64,000 nt of DNA from Candidatus Multivoradales bacterium (GCA_965223325.1 CBDCWI010000001.1:2048001-2112000), one strand, 5' to 3'; shown: positions 38,943-49,802, counted from the stretch's first letter. Notes: generated from the sequence alone by a model not told the origin. Made by a program: numbers and translations.

Positions 38943-39160
38943 ACTGCGTTCCAGGCTCTCGGCAACAACGACACCGCTCGCTCCCCCGCCTGGGTCGATC
39001 AGCAGCTCGATCCCGATTCGATCGACGACAGCGTTGCCGAGAGCTGCATTGCCAACGCGGGGTATACGACTCTCTCCAAGGGCCCGCAAACGATCTGGCA
39101 GGAGCCTTTGGCGCCGGAGCCGGACGGGGACTTCTAGATGCTCCCGCTCATAGAAACGCT
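38943..39160 (+). pseudogene. Internal fragment of a DUF1800 paralogue
   Basis: Translates TAFQALGNNDTARSPAWVDQQLDPDSIDDSVAESCIANAGYTTLSKGPQTIWQE, which aligns to AHFENLGGNNDTRLANWVDEQLDPQSIDDGACDDRIEAAGYQTLEKSYNQLWND of the 11892 gene. In-frame TAG at 39135; no 5' or 3' remainder. Confidence 0.8.
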
Positions 39161-39349
39161 CATCGTGAGAACGACAATGTCAGTCCAAGGTGCCTCGGCT
39201 TTGGGGGTCGGAGCGACCATGCGGCCAGCGCTCGCCCGACGGTGCGTAGGGTAGTTCGTGCAGCGTCGTTCGAAGCTGAGAGGTTCGAGCTCAAACGGCG
39301 CCCCTGGTTCCTGACTCCAACAGGGATTCGCTCTCTGTAGAGTCGCGCA

Positions 39350-39811
39350 ATGAGCATCACGACGAGAAGCGCGACCCCGGAGGACGAAGCGACCTGCATC
39401 GACCTCCTGTCTGAGCTCGAGGCGGCGACGGGTTCGGGCGATGGTCCCCGGAGAGAGGTGAGTACCGCATTTCGTGAACTCTTGACTCGCACACGCGGCG
39501 AGATCCACCTCGCCGAGGAAGCCACGTCTCGAGGCACCACCATCCTCGGCATGGCGACGGTGAGCTACAACGTCGCCCTGCGCTACAACGGCGAGTACTG
39601 CCAGCTCGAAGAGCTGATCGTGACGCCAGCCGCCCGCGGCAAGAGGGTAGGTGGCCTGCTCCTCGAGGCCGCCATCAACGGCGCCCGGCGCCGTGGTTGC
39701 TCCGAGATGGGGCTCTACCTTCTCGAGTCGACAGAGCACAACCGAACGTTCTACGAGAAGTACGGCTTCGAGCTCATCGGGAGCGAACTTCGCCAGAAGC
39801 TGGTGGACTGA
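39350..39811 (+). CDS. GNAT family N-acetyltransferase
   Basis: LEELIVTPAARGKRVGGLLL (motif A), N..FYEKYGF. Confidence 0.9.
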   Translation: MSITTRSATPEDEATCIDLLSELEAATGSGDGPRREVSTAFRELLTRTRGEIHLAEEATSRGTTILGMATVSYNVALRYNGEYCQLEELIVTPAARGKRVGGLLLEAAINGARRRGCSEMGLYLLESTEHNRTFYEKYGFELIGSELRQKLVD

Positions 39812-40056
39812 GCGCCGCGGGAGCGGCCGCTTCCCGGGACTCGAGTATGTGCTCAGACCACGCTCACCACGGGGCCTCTGGGAGCAGCGCTTCCCTTCAT
39901 CGTCGTCCCTCGAGAGCTCACGAGTTCGGCACTACGATCACTCCGCGCCGTCGGGTAGCGCGTCAATCTCGGCCGGCCTGTGCGCGGCTGCGAGTCGCCT
40001 CGATCCGACGGGCTGGGCTAGAGTGGCAGCAAGTCCGACAAAGTGAGGTTGCTGCG

Positions 40057-43000
40057 ATGTCTCTTCTTCCGTGGAGAAAGTCTTGTCTCGCCGTGCTGAC
40101 GGCGATTCTTCTGTTCCCGTTCGGGCCGGCGCTCGCCCAGAACGATGCCGACCGCCAGGCCGAAGAGGTCGATCCCAACCAGACGATGGATCCGAAGGCC
40201 TTCGAGGGCCTCGAGTTCAGCCACACCGGCTTCATGCGCGGTGGTCGGTCGACCGCCGTTTCCGGCATTCCCGACGACCCGCTGACCTACTTCGCCGGCT
40301 ACACCGGAGGCGGAGTCTGGAAGACCAGCGACGCGGGGATCAGCTGGGAGAACATCTCTGACGGGCACTTCAATGTGGCGTCCATCGGCGACATCAAGAT
40401 CGCACCTTCGGACCAGAACGTGATCTACGTCGGCACTGGCTCGGGCTGCCCGCGCGGCAACATCTCTATGGGCGACGGCATCTACAAGTCGACCGACGCG
40501 GGTAAGAGCTGGAGCCATGTCTTCCAGCCGGGCTTCGTGCAGATCCCCGAGATGGTGATCCACCCGCAGAACCCGGATCTCGTCTATGCGGCAGTGTTGG
40601 GCGACGTCTTCGGCCCCAACGAAGAGCGCGGCATCTACAAGACGACGGACGGAGGCGAAAGCTGGGAGAAGATCCTCTTCGTCTCGAACGAGACCGGCTT
40701 CAACGACATCGAGATGCATCCAAAGAACCCGCGCATCCTCTACGCTTCGGCGTGGAGCGTCTACCGCAAGCCGTGGACGATCCACTCGGGGAGTGAGGAT
40801 GGCGGTATCTGGCGCAGCAAAGACGCCGGCGAGACCTGGGAGAAGGTCGAGGGTGGGTTGCCCAAGGGTGTTCTCGGCAAGATCGACGTCACCATTTCGC
40901 CGGCGAACCCCGACCGGATCTGGGCTCTGATCGAAGCGCCCATGCCACTCGGCGGGGTGTACCGTTCCGACGACGGCGGAGAGACCTGGCGCCCGATGTC
41001 CAAGGAACGCAAACTCCTGCAGCGCGCCTGGTACTACATCCACATCTTCGCCGACCCGAAGGACGAGAACACGGTGTACGCCATGAACACCGGCTTCTAC
41101 AAGTCAATCGACGGCGGCAAGACGTTCTCCGAGTCCTTCAACCCGCGGCACGGCGACAACCACGACCTATGGATCAACCCCGACAACCCGCTGTACTCGG
41201 TGAGCGGCAACGATGGCGGCGTCAACGTGTCGCTCAACGGAGGAAAGACCTTCTCCGAGCAGATGAATCAGCCGACGGCCGAGTTCTACCGTGTCACCGT
41301 CGACGACGACTTCCCCTACAACGTTTATGGCGCCCAGCAGGACAACAGCACCGCAGCGATGAGAGCTGCGGCCGGAGGAGGCAGCTTCTTCGGGGGTGGC
41401 GGAGCCGACTTCTTCGAGGTCGGGGGCGGCGAAAGCGGGCACATCGCCGTCGACCCCCGCAACAACAAGGTGATCTATGCCGGCAGCTACGGCGGCGCCA
41501 TCACCCGGATGGACCGAGAGAGCGGCGTGACCCGAAGTGTGCGCGCCTACGAGGACTCGCCCACCGGCCAGCAGGCTGCGGACTTGAAGTATCGCTTCCA
41601 GTGGAACGCGCCGATCCGGATCTCGCCACACGACCCCGACGTCGTGTACCACACGTCTCAATACGTACACCGCACCAGGAACGCCGGCATCGACTGGGAA
41701 GTGATTTCTCCCGACCTGACGACCAACAACGGCGAATACCAGCTCTACTCAGGTTCGACCGGAATCACGCAAGACAACACCGGAGTCGAGGTCTACACGA
41801 CGATCTTCGCCTTCGAAGAGTCTGCACTGACTGCGGGCCTGCTCTGGGCCGGCTCGGATGACGGCCGGGTTCACATCTCGCAGGACAACGGCGAGAGCTG
41901 GCAAGACATCACGCCAGCGAACATCCCGGAAGGCGGGACGGTCAACATGATCGACGTCTCCGCCCACGATCCTGGGCGCGCCCACCTGGCGGTCTACAAG
42001 TACCGCGAGCAGGACTATCGCCCCTACATCTTCCAGACGAATGACTACGGCGAGAGCTGGAAGCTGCTCACCGATGGCACCAACGGCATCCCCGAAAACC
42101 ACTTCGTGCGCGTGGTGCGCGAGAACCCAGAACGCCGGGGCATGCTCTTCGCCGGCACCGAGTTCGGGATGTGGGTCTCGTTCGATGACGGAGAACACTG
42201 GCAGTCTTTTCAGCTCAACCTGCCGGTGGTTCCGGTGACCGACATGGTGATCAAAGACAACGACCTGGTCCTCGCAACCCAGGGCCGCGCCTTCTACGTG
42301 CTCGACGACTTCTCGGTGCTGTCGCAGCTGACCCCCGAGATTCTCGAGGCTCCGATTGCCCTCTTGGATCCTCTAGATGGAACGCAAGGGGCTGGCAGCA
42401 CACAGATCGCCTTTGTCGTCAACGAGATCTCTCGCGATCCGATCAAGATGGTTATCACCGACCCTGAAGGCGAGGTCTTCCTGGACAAGGAGGGGTTCGT
42501 GACCGAGGGCGACGGCGGGGAGGAGAACATTCGCATTCCTTCCTTTGTGCCGGAAGAGATGAAGGAGCAGTTCATCGAGGCTGTAAAGCGCGGCGACACG
42601 ATCGGCGGCTTCGACCTGTCGGTCTTCCTTGGCAGCGAGGACCAGCTCACCGTCAAGCCGGGCCTCAACCGTACCCCCTTCACCGCTCGGTGGCCGGCTC
42701 CCTACGAGGTGCCAGAAGGTACGGTGCAGTGGTCGTTCGGAGGAGGCGCCGGGCCGGCGGCGATCCCAGGGACCTACACGGTGACGATGTCGATGGGCGA
42801 CTGGTCAGAGACCAAGACCTTCGAGTGGCACCCTCATCCCCGTTGGGAGGCCACCGACGCGCAGTACAGTGAGCAGCTTCGTCTCGCCAAGGAGATCGGA
42901 GCCGCCGGAAAGCTGCTCTACGAAGAACTGGCCCAGCTGCGCTCAGTCAAGAGTCAGGCAAGCGCGATCGGCAAGCAGCTCGCCGACAACGGATACGGCG

Positions 43001-43350
43001 ACGAGCCCCAGACTGCAGCCGCGGAGCTCAACAAGAAGCTCGAGGAGATCGAGGGAGAACTCACTCAGCTCAAGGGCGAGAGCAGTCAAGACTCGTTGAA
43101 TTTCCCGGGTCGCCTCGACCAGCAGGTCAACGGACTCTACGGCGGCATCGTGGGCAGTCCGCCACCGGTCGGCTCGGGAATCACCGAGCGCTGGGCCGAT
43201 CTGGAACCGACGCTGAAGCCGCTATTCGACAGGATCCACGAGATCTACGACAGCGATCTGGTGGCATTCAACGAGATGGTGGCGGCGAACGGGCAGCGGG
43301 TCTTGCTGAAGAACCCAGAGCCGGTCGAGGTGTCGGTAGAAGCCGAGTAG
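40057..43350 (+). CDS. VPS10/BNR-repeat beta-propeller glycosyl hydrolase-like protein
   Basis: Signal peptide from ATG 40057; repeated S.D.G.SW Asp-boxes; GGVWKT.DAG, HGDNHDLWINP, GNDGG, RFQWNAPI, DLVLATQGR. Confidence 0.9.
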   Translation: MSLLPWRKSCLAVLTAILLFPFGPALAQNDADRQAEEVDPNQTMDPKAFEGLEFSHTGFMRGGRSTAVSGIPDDPLTYFAGYTGGGVWKTSDAGISWENISDGHFNVASIGDIKIAPSDQNVIYVGTGSGCPRGNISMGDGIYKSTDAGKSWSHVFQPGFVQIPEMVIHPQNPDLVYAAVLGDVFGPNEERGIYKTTDGGESWEKILFVSNETGFNDIEMHPKNPRILYASAWSVYRKPWTIHSGSEDGGIWRSKDAGETWEKVEGGLPKGVLGKIDVTISPANPDRIWALIEAPMPLGGVYRSDDGGETWRPMSKERKLLQRAWYYIHIFADPKDENTVYAMNTGFYKSIDGGKTFSESFNPRHGDNHDLWINPDNPLYSVSGNDGGVNVSLNGGKTFSEQMNQPTAEFYRVTVDDDFPYNVYGAQQDNSTAAMRAAAGGGSFFGGGGADFFEVGGGESGHIAVDPRNNKVIYAGSYGGAITRMDRESGVTRSVRAYEDSPTGQQAADLKYRFQWNAPIRISPHDPDVVYHTSQYVHRTRNAGIDWEVISPDLTTNNGEYQLYSGSTGITQDNTGVEVYTTIFAFEESALTAGLLWAGSDDGRVHISQDNGESWQDITPANIPEGGTVNMIDVSAHDPGRAHLAVYKYREQDYRPYIFQTNDYGESWKLLTDGTNGIPENHFVRVVRENPERRGMLFAGTEFGMWVSFDDGEHWQSFQLNLPVVPVTDMVIKDNDLVLATQGRAFYVLDDFSVLSQLTPEILEAPIALLDPLDGTQGAGSTQIAFVVNEISRDPIKMVITDPEGEVFLDKEGFVTEGDGGEENIRIPSFVPEEMKEQFIEAVKRGDTIGGFDLSVFLGSEDQLTVKPGLNRTPFTARWPAPYEVPEGTVQWSFGGGAGPAAIPGTYTVTMSMGDWSETKTFEWHPHPRWEATDAQYSEQLRLAKEIGAAGKLLYEELAQLRSVKSQASAIGKQLADNGYGDEPQTAAAELNKKLEEIEGELTQLKGESSQDSLNFPGRLDQQVNGLYGGIVGSPPPVGSGITERWADLEPTLKPLFDRIHEIYDSDLVAFNEMVAANGQRVLLKNPEPVEVSVEAE

Positions 43351-43384
43351 CCTCGTGAGAGGCGTCGGGAGCTTTCCCGAACGC

Positions 43385-43476
43385 CCAGGGGACCTCCGCT
43401 GACCACGCCAACGTGTCGCCTGCTTCGAAGCCGTCGGGAAAACCACATCGCGGTCGTCGTCCAGAATCAGGCCGCG
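43385..43476 (-). pseudogene. Frameshifted 3' relic of a secreted protein (Calx-beta-like end plus FADGFE..AWS tail)
   Basis: Minus strand reads RGLILDDDRDVVF-(cc, one base missing)-DGFEAGDTLAWSAEVP, then TGG. Confidence 0.6.
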
Positions 43477-43601
43477 AGGTCTCGGGGTTGTAAGCGCCCT
43501 CGTCCGTGGAGCGCGTGTTCGAGCACATCGAGCACGTCGACGCATCGAGGTAGACACCACGCCACCTGGCCACCACGCCACCTGGCGACGGAACACCGAA
43601 C

Positions 43602-43653
43602 CTTCACGGTTTCTTTACGAGGTCTTCATAAAGAAGCGCCAGTCTTCTTCACA
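43602..43653 (+). promoter_or_regulatory. Pho-box-like direct repeats upstream of the phosphate porin
   Basis: CTTCACG (43602), CTTTACG (43613) and CTTCATA (43624) at 11-bp spacing, plus CTTCACA (43647). Confidence 0.72.
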
Positions 43654-43714
43654 TACCCGTGGGAGCGGTGCTCCCCACTTCTTCTCCTCTAGCTTGACAA
43701 CAGGAACAGACGGC

Positions 43715-44965
43715 ATGAACACCCTCAGCCAGGAGCCTTGCTCCCACCAAAGACGACGGCTCGGTCGCTCGCTTTCCGCATTCTTGCTCGCACCCTGCGC
43801 AGTCCTCGGTCTCGCGACCTTGCCCGTGATGGCACACGAGGATGGCCCGAAGGCGTACTGGAAGAACGGCACGCGCATCGAGGCCGCTGACGGCTCCTAC
43901 GCAATCAAGATCGGTGGTCGCATCCAGGCCGACTTCTCAGCGGTCTCGGCCGATGACGAACTCGACCAACTCTTCGACTTCGAGGGTGGCTCCGAGTTCC
44001 GCCGCGCGCGCCTATTCGTCGAAGGAACTGTCTACAAGCGCTTCGAATTCAAGGCGCAGTACGACTTCGCCGGAGGCAGCTCCGACTTCAAGGACGTCTA
44101 CGTCGGCATCAAGGGCATTCCAACTCTCGGCGGTATCCGCGTCGGTCACTTCAAGGAACCATTCGGCTTCGAAGAGCTGACCAGCTCGAAGTACATGCCG
44201 TTCGTCGAACGCTCCTTGAACAGCACGACCTTCGCGCCCTCGCGCAACATGGGCGTGCAGGCAAAGAACACCGCGGCCGACGGTCGCATGACATGGGCCT
44301 TCGGTCTGTTCCAGGACATGGACAACTTCGGCGAGTCGCGCGGTGACGAGGTCAACGCGACCGCACGCCTCACGGGGCTACCGGTCTACCAGAACGACGG
44401 CGAGCACCTCCTCCATCTCGGCCTCGGCCTCTCACACCGCGGGCCGGTCGACGACGCCCAGCGCTACCGCACGCGTCCCGAGGCGCATCTCGCTCCGCGC
44501 CTCGTCGACACCGGCTCCTTCAGCGCCGACGCCGTCGATCTGATCGATCTCGAATTGGTCGCAGTGCAAGGTCCGTTCTGGGCCCAGGGCTCGTACACCC
44601 AGGCCGACGCCGACGTCATCGGCTCGGGCAGCGCGACCCTCTCGGGCTGGAACGTCCAGGCGGGCTGGTTCTTCACCGGCGAAACCAAGGCCTACAAGAC
44701 CTCCTCTGGGGCTTTCGATCGCCAGAAGCCGGCTTCCGACTTCCTGAAGGACGGCGGTCCGGGCGCCTGGGAGATCGCGGTGCGGTACTCCACGATCGAC
44801 CTCAACGACGGTCCGATCACGGGCGGCGAGCAGGACGGCTTGACCTTCGCGCTCAACTGGTACATGAACCCTGCCTTCCGAACCCAGCTGAACTACGTCA
44901 AGGCCGATCTCGACGGCGTCGGCGAAGTCGACTATGCGCTGCTCCGTTTTGCGATGGATTTCTAG
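43715..44965 (+). CDS. oprP: Phosphate-selective porin OprO/OprP family
   Basis: GGRIQAD, EFRRARL...G, KAQYDFA, GHFKEPFGFEELTSSK...FVERS, RYRTRPE, GAWEIAVRYS; C-terminal F. Confidence 0.92.
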   Translation: MNTLSQEPCSHQRRRLGRSLSAFLLAPCAVLGLATLPVMAHEDGPKAYWKNGTRIEAADGSYAIKIGGRIQADFSAVSADDELDQLFDFEGGSEFRRARLFVEGTVYKRFEFKAQYDFAGGSSDFKDVYVGIKGIPTLGGIRVGHFKEPFGFEELTSSKYMPFVERSLNSTTFAPSRNMGVQAKNTAADGRMTWAFGLFQDMDNFGESRGDEVNATARLTGLPVYQNDGEHLLHLGLGLSHRGPVDDAQRYRTRPEAHLAPRLVDTGSFSADAVDLIDLELVAVQGPFWAQGSYTQADADVIGSGSATLSGWNVQAGWFFTGETKAYKTSSGAFDRQKPASDFLKDGGPGAWEIAVRYSTIDLNDGPITGGEQDGLTFALNWYMNPAFRTQLNYVKADLDGVGEVDYALLRFAMDF

Positions 44966-44968
44966 AAG

Positions 44969-45005
44969 CTTCACGCCACCTTCACGGCAACTTCGTAACT
45001 TCACT
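44969..45005 (+). promoter_or_regulatory. Pho-box-like direct repeats upstream of pstS
   Basis: CTTCACG (44969), CTTCACG (44980) and CTTCGTA (44991) at 11-bp spacing; CTTCACT at 44999. Confidence 0.75.
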
Positions 45006-45083
45006 GACCAGACCCAAAAACCGGCTCTACGAGCCTGACCGAACAGCGCCGCCGCCCAGCCGGAGGGCGCAGGAGATCTCAAA

Positions 45084-46109
45084 ATGAACCCTCAGAATGC
45101 CAGGCGGCTGCTCAGCCTCTTCTCCATCGTGGCGCTCGCCACCTTCACCCTCGTGGCCTGCGACAACGATGCCGGCGCCGACCGCACCGGTGAGGCTGCG
45201 GCCGGAGACCAGCTCGAAGGCACCGTCTCGATCGACGGCTCGAGCACCGTCTTCCCCATCACCGAGGCGGTCGCGGAAGAGTTCCGCAACGTCGAGCCTA
45301 GAGTCCGCGTCACGGTCGGCGTCTCGGGAACCGGCGGCGGCTTCAAGAAGTTCGCCGCGGGTGAGACCGACATCAACGACGCCTCCCGCGCCATCAAGGA
45401 AAGCGAGCGCAGCGCCGCTGCCGAAGGCGCCATCGAGTACATCGAACTGCCGATCGCCTACGACGGCATCTCACTCGTCATCCACCCGGAGAACGACTGG
45501 GTAGACCACCTGACCGTCGACGAGGTCCACCGCATCTGGATGCCGGACTCCGAAGTCACCACCTGGGCAGACGTGCGCGCCGGCTGGCCGGCCGAGCCCA
45601 TCACGCTCTTCGGACCGGGTCCCGACAGCGGCACCTTCGACTACTTCACCGATGCGATCAATGGCGACGAGGGCGCCATCCGACCAGACTTCACTGCCAG
45701 TGAGGACGACAACGTCATCGTTGCAGGTGTATCAGGAGATCCCCATGCCCTGGGCTTCTTCGGTTTCGCCTACTACGCGGAGAACAAGGACAAGCTCCGC
45801 GTCGTCCCGGTCGACAATGGCGCAGGGGCGGTCGAGCCCTCGAACGAGACCATCAACAACGGGTCATACGCGCCGCTGTCGCGCCCGATCTTCATCTACG
45901 TGTCGCCGGCAGCTGCCGAACGGCCCGAGGTCGACGCCTTCGTCGACTTCTACCTCGACAATGTTGCCGCCCTCGCTCCTGAGGTTGGCTACGTGGCGCT
46001 GCCAGACGCCCTGATGGCAGCCGCCAAGGCCCGCTACGAAGGACGGGTGGCCGGTAGCGTCTTCCCAAACGCTCCCGAGGACGCAACGCTCCTCGAGCTC
46101 TTCCAGTAG
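45084..46109 (+). CDS. pstS: Phosphate ABC transporter substrate-binding lipoprotein
   Basis: Lipobox LVAC; [44 protein letters not shown]. Confidence 0.96.
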   Translation: MNPQNARRLLSLFSIVALATFTLVACDNDAGADRTGEAAAGDQLEGTVSIDGSSTVFPITEAVAEEFRNVEPRVRVTVGVSGTGGGFKKFAAGETDINDASRAIKESERSAAAEGAIEYIELPIAYDGISLVIHPENDWVDHLTVDEVHRIWMPDSEVTTWADVRAGWPAEPITLFGPGPDSGTFDYFTDAINGDEGAIRPDFTASEDDNVIVAGVSGDPHALGFFGFAYYAENKDKLRVVPVDNGAGAVEPSNETINNGSYAPLSRPIFIYVSPAAAERPEVDAFVDFYLDNVAALAPEVGYVALPDALMAAAKARYEGRVAGSVFPNAPEDATLLELFQ

Positions 46110-46149
46110 AGGCCCTTCCCTTTCCCCCCCGGAAGACTGCCTCCCGCAG

Positions 46150-46181
46150 AGCTGTGCGGCACCGCAAGGTGCCGTACAGCT
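46150..46181 (+). other. 14-bp stem-loop with GCAA tetraloop between pstS and pstC
   Basis: agctgtgcggcacc-gcaa-ggtgccgtacagct (one G-U pair), no U-tract. Probably stabilises or attenuates the pstS mRNA (inference). Confidence 0.7.
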
Positions 46182-46217
46182 GTCCTTCCGGACCACACTC
46201 TCTAGCGACGAGACTCG

Positions 46218-47186
46218 ATGGCGCCTTCCGTCCCAACCAACGCTGAACGCTCCGCAAGCGCCACGCATGCGGCTCGTGGGGTCATCAGGAGCCGTGGCGA
46301 ACGGCTGCGTGCACGGTGGCCCGAGGAACTCATCCGGTTCTTCCTGATCGCCTGCGCCTTCGTCTCGATCGCCACGACTTTCGGCATCGTCCTCGTCCTG
46401 GCGAGGGAGTCGGCCGGCTTCTTCCAGGAGGTGCCGCTCACCGACTTCCTCTTCGGCACCCGCTGGACCCCGCTGATCGAGCCACGTGCGTTCGGCATCC
46501 TGCCGCTGCTCGCCGGCACCATGATGATCGTGCTCGGTTCTTCGCTGGTGGCTCTGCCCATCGGGCTCCTGTCGGCGATCTACCTCGCCGAGTACGCATC
46601 CGACCGGGTGCGAAACATCTTCAAGCCGGTGCTCGAGGTCCTCGCGGGCATTCCGACCGTGGTCTACGGCTACTTTGCGCTCACCTTCGTCACACCGGTC
46701 ATCCGCCGCGTCCTCCCCGACACCCAGATCTTCAACGCGGCAAGTGCTTCGATCGTCGTCGGCATCATGATCCTGCCGATGGTCGCCTCGCTCTGCGACG
46801 ACGCCCTGCGCGCCGTGCCCGATCACCTGAGACACGCCGCCACCGCTCTCGGCGCAACGCGCATGGAGGTCTCCCTGCGCGTGGTCACTCCGGCCGCACT
46901 CTCCGGTGTCCTGGCCAGCTTCGTGCTGGCGGTTTCACGCGCCATCGGCGAAACCATGGCCGTGACGATCGCGGCGGGAGCGACCCCCAGCCTCGATTTC
47001 GATTATCTCGAAAGCATCCAGACGATGACCGCGTACATCGTCCAGGTCAGCCTCGGCGACACTCCGGCAGGCACCATCGAGTACCAGACGATTTTCGCGG
47101 TCGGCGCCCTGCTCTTCCTGATCACCCTCGGCATGAACCTGATCGCCGACCGCGTTCTGCGCCGCTTCCGTGAGGTCTACGACTGA
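46218..47186 (+). CDS. pstC: Phosphate ABC transporter permease
   Basis: [44 protein letters not shown]. Confidence 0.96.
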   Translation: MAPSVPTNAERSASATHAARGVIRSRGERLRARWPEELIRFFLIACAFVSIATTFGIVLVLARESAGFFQEVPLTDFLFGTRWTPLIEPRAFGILPLLAGTMMIVLGSSLVALPIGLLSAIYLAEYASDRVRNIFKPVLEVLAGIPTVVYGYFALTFVTPVIRRVLPDTQIFNAASASIVVGIMILPMVASLCDDALRAVPDHLRHAATALGATRMEVSLRVVTPAALSGVLASFVLAVSRAIGETMAVTIAAGATPSLDFDYLESIQTMTAYIVQVSLGDTPAGTIEYQTIFAVGALLFLITLGMNLIADRVLRRFREVYD

Positions 47187-48088
47187 TGGCCCGCCCCGTC
47201 GTGCGCATGACCGGAGCCACCCCGGTCGCCAGCCTCGCTCCGGGGCCGGGACTCGCCTGGCGACGCCGCAAGGCCGCCTTCTTCCGTGGCCTCTGCGCCT
47301 CGATGCTTCTGGTCGGCATCGTCTTCCTCGCCCTCCTGCTCTGGCAGGTGCTACGCCAGGGACTGCCGTGGCTCGATCTCCAGTTCCTGCAGAGCTTCCC
47401 GTCGCGCTTCCCAGAGAAGGCCGGCATCAAGTCAGCGCTCTGGGGAAGCATCTGGATGATCAGCCTCACCATCCTGATATCAGTGCCGGTTGGGGTCGGT
47501 GCGGCTCTGTATCTCGAGGAGTTCGCCAAGCAGGGTCGCTGGTCGACGTTCGTCCAGATCAACATTGCCAACCTCGCCGGCGTGCCATCGATCGTCTACG
47601 GCATCCTCGGCCTGGTGATCTTCGTACGCTTCTTCGCCCTCGGGCGCAGCGTGCTGGCCGGTGCACTGACCATGAGCCTACTCATCCTCCCGGTGATCAT
47701 CATCGCGGCACGCGAAGCGATCCGCGCCGTACCCCCCTCGATTCGACACGCCGCTCTGGCGTTGGGCGCAACCCGCTGGCAGGCCGTGCGCCACCACGTC
47801 CTCCCTGCCGCCGTTCCTGGCATCCTCACAGGAGTCATCCTCGCGATTTCGCGAGCGATCGGTGAGACCGCCCCCCTGATCATGATGGGCGCGCTGACCT
47901 ATGTTGCCTTCGTGCCCGAGAGCCCGATGGACGCCTTCACCGCCCTGCCGATCCAGGTCTACAACTGGACCGCACGTCCACAGGCCGACTTCCACGACGT
48001 CGCCGCTGCGGGAATCATCGTTCTGCTCGTGGTGCTCTTCACCATGAATGCCGTGGCGGTCTTCCTTCGGCAGCGGGCCAGCCGCTGA
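47186..48088 (+). CDS. pstA: Phosphate ABC transporter permease
   Basis: [46 protein letters not shown]. Confidence 0.96.
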   Translation: MARPVVRMTGATPVASLAPGPGLAWRRRKAAFFRGLCASMLLVGIVFLALLLWQVLRQGLPWLDLQFLQSFPSRFPEKAGIKSALWGSIWMISLTILISVPVGVGAALYLEEFAKQGRWSTFVQINIANLAGVPSIVYGILGLVIFVRFFALGRSVLAGALTMSLLILPVIIIAAREAIRAVPPSIRHAALALGATRWQAVRHHVLPAAVPGILTGVILAISRAIGETAPLIMMGALTYVAFVPESPMDAFTALPIQVYNWTARPQADFHDVAAAGIIVLLVVLFTMNAVAVFLRQRASR

Positions 48089-48153
48089 AGGTCTTGCAAC
48101 CCCTTGAATTCACTTCCGCCCCGAGCCCGTCCTCCCGGAGAAGCCCCAAGTCC

Positions 48154-49035
48154 ATGTCAGACTCCATCCCGATGACCGATCGATCCCAGGAAGGCACGCC
48201 ACAAGGCCCCGCGCAGAAGAGGCCAGGTTCGTCTCTAGGCAGCACCGCGGTCGAGAGCGGATCTCCCGTCCCCGACGCTTCGAGCCTCCCCACCGCGCTC
48301 GAGGTCCGTTCGCTGACCATCGCCTATGGCGACAACGTGGCGGTCGATTCGATCGATCTAGCGATCCCACAGAACCACGTCACCTCGATCATTGGTCCGT
48401 CGGGCTGCGGCAAGAGCACGCTGCTGCGTTCGCTCAATCGGATGAATGACCTCATTCCCACGGTCAACATCGAGGGCAGCATCCTCTACCACGGGCTCGA
48501 CCTCTACGCTCCCGAGGTCGATCCGGTAGAAGTCCGACGTCGCATCGGCATGGTCTTCCAGAAGCCCAACCCATTTCCGAAGTCGATCTACAACAACGTC
48601 GCCTGGGGGCCACGCATCAACAAGATCCGCGGCGACCTGGACGCACTCGTCGAAGACTGCCTGCGCAAGGCTGCGCTCTGGGACGAGGTCAAGGATCGGC
48701 TCAACGAGTCAGCTACCGGACTCTCGGGCGGCCAGCAGCAGCGGCTGTGCATCGCGCGCACCCTGGCGATGTCGCCAGAGATCATCCTGATGGACGAACC
48801 ATGCTCCGCGCTCGACCCGGTCTCGACCGCGCGCATCGAGGACCTCCTCGACGAGCTCAAGGCCGAGTACACCATCGCGATCGTCACGCACAACATGCAG
48901 CAGGCCGCAAGAGCCTCCGAGTTCACCGCCTTCTTGGAGGCGGGCAAACTCATCGAATTCGGACCCACCGACCTCCTCTTCACCAACCCGAAGCATCAGC
49001 GGACCGAGGACTATGTCACCGGCCGCTTCGGCTGA
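48154..49035 (+). CDS. pstB: Phosphate ABC transporter ATP-binding protein
   Basis: [54 protein letters not shown]. Start uncertain. Confidence 0.97.
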   Translation: MSDSIPMTDRSQEGTPQGPAQKRPGSSLGSTAVESGSPVPDASSLPTALEVRSLTIAYGDNVAVDSIDLAIPQNHVTSIIGPSGCGKSTLLRSLNRMNDLIPTVNIEGSILYHGLDLYAPEVDPVEVRRRIGMVFQKPNPFPKSIYNNVAWGPRINKIRGDLDALVEDCLRKAALWDEVKDRLNESATGLSGGQQQRLCIARTLAMSPEIILMDEPCSALDPVSTARIEDLLDELKAEYTIAIVTHNMQQAARASEFTAFLEAGKLIEFGPTDLLFTNPKHQRTEDYVTGRFG

Positions 49036-49057
49036 CCTGCTCACGAGGATTCATCCT

Positions 49058-49732
49058 GTGCGACGCCACCTCGACCGCGACCTCGACCAGATCCGGACCT
49101 CGATTCTCGAACTCGGAGTGATGGTTGAGCAGGCCACCCACACCGCTGTGCGCTCGCTGGTCGAGGGCAAGGTTGCGCTCGCCCGTGACGTCATCGAGGG
49201 TGATCGCCGCATCGACGCTCGCGAAATCGAAGTCGAGGAAGAGTGCCTCAAGACCCTCGCTCTCCATCAGCCGGTGGCAGGCGACCTCCGTCTCGTCATC
49301 GCCATCCTCAAGGTGAACAACGACCTCGAGCGGGTCGGCGACCTGGCGCGGAACATCGCGGAACGTGCCATCGAGCTCACTCCAGCGCGCTCGGTCATCC
49401 TGCCGGATCAGGTCATCGAGATGGCGGAACGCTCCCGCACCATGCTGCGGGAGGCGCTCCAGTCGATCATGCGCGCCGACGCCAGCCTGGCGCGCAAAGT
49501 CCTTCGCGACGACGAGGACGTCGACAACCTCCATCGTGAAATGTACGGGCTGACCACCCGGGCGATCGTCGAGAAGCCGGAGGACGGCGAACAGGCGATG
49601 CGGCTGCTCTCGGTGTCACGATGTCTCGAGCGCATCGCGGATCTCGCCACCAACATGGCCGAGGACGTTGTCTTCCTGGTCGACGGCGAAGTCATCCGCC
49701 ATCAGGAGAAGCTGGCCATGAAGAAGGACTGA
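49058..49732 (+). CDS. phoU: Phosphate signalling complex protein PhoU
   Basis: LALHQPVAGDLR, NDLERVGDLA.NIA, LERIADLATNMAEDV. Confidence 0.96.
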   Translation: MRRHLDRDLDQIRTSILELGVMVEQATHTAVRSLVEGKVALARDVIEGDRRIDAREIEVEEECLKTLALHQPVAGDLRLVIAILKVNNDLERVGDLARNIAERAIELTPARSVILPDQVIEMAERSRTMLREALQSIMRADASLARKVLRDDEDVDNLHREMYGLTTRAIVEKPEDGEQAMRLLSVSRCLERIADLATNMAEDVVFLVDGEVIRHQEKLAMKKD

Positions 49733-49773
49733 GCGAAACACCGACGACCCGAAATCGAGGACTTTCGGCCGAT

Positions 49774-49802
49774 CTTGACATCTGCCTTACATCGCTTTCG
49801 TA
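49774..49802 (+). promoter_or_regulatory. Pho-box-like direct repeats upstream of phoB
   Basis: CTTGACA (49774), CCTTACA (49785) and TTTCGTA (49796) at 11-bp spacing. Confidence 0.6.

Noticed and set aside
39812-40056. Possible metallopeptidase relic (AHEFG, becoming AHEFGHY with one extra base), and the 120-aa N-terminal extension of ORF 39697
   Set aside because: The match is too short to distinguish from chance, and the signal peptide places the real start at 40057.
43555-43586. Perfect 16-bp tandem duplication caccacgccacctggc x2
   Set aside because: Real, but only two copies in decayed intergenic DNA; most likely slippage, with no element between the copies to make it a target-site duplication.
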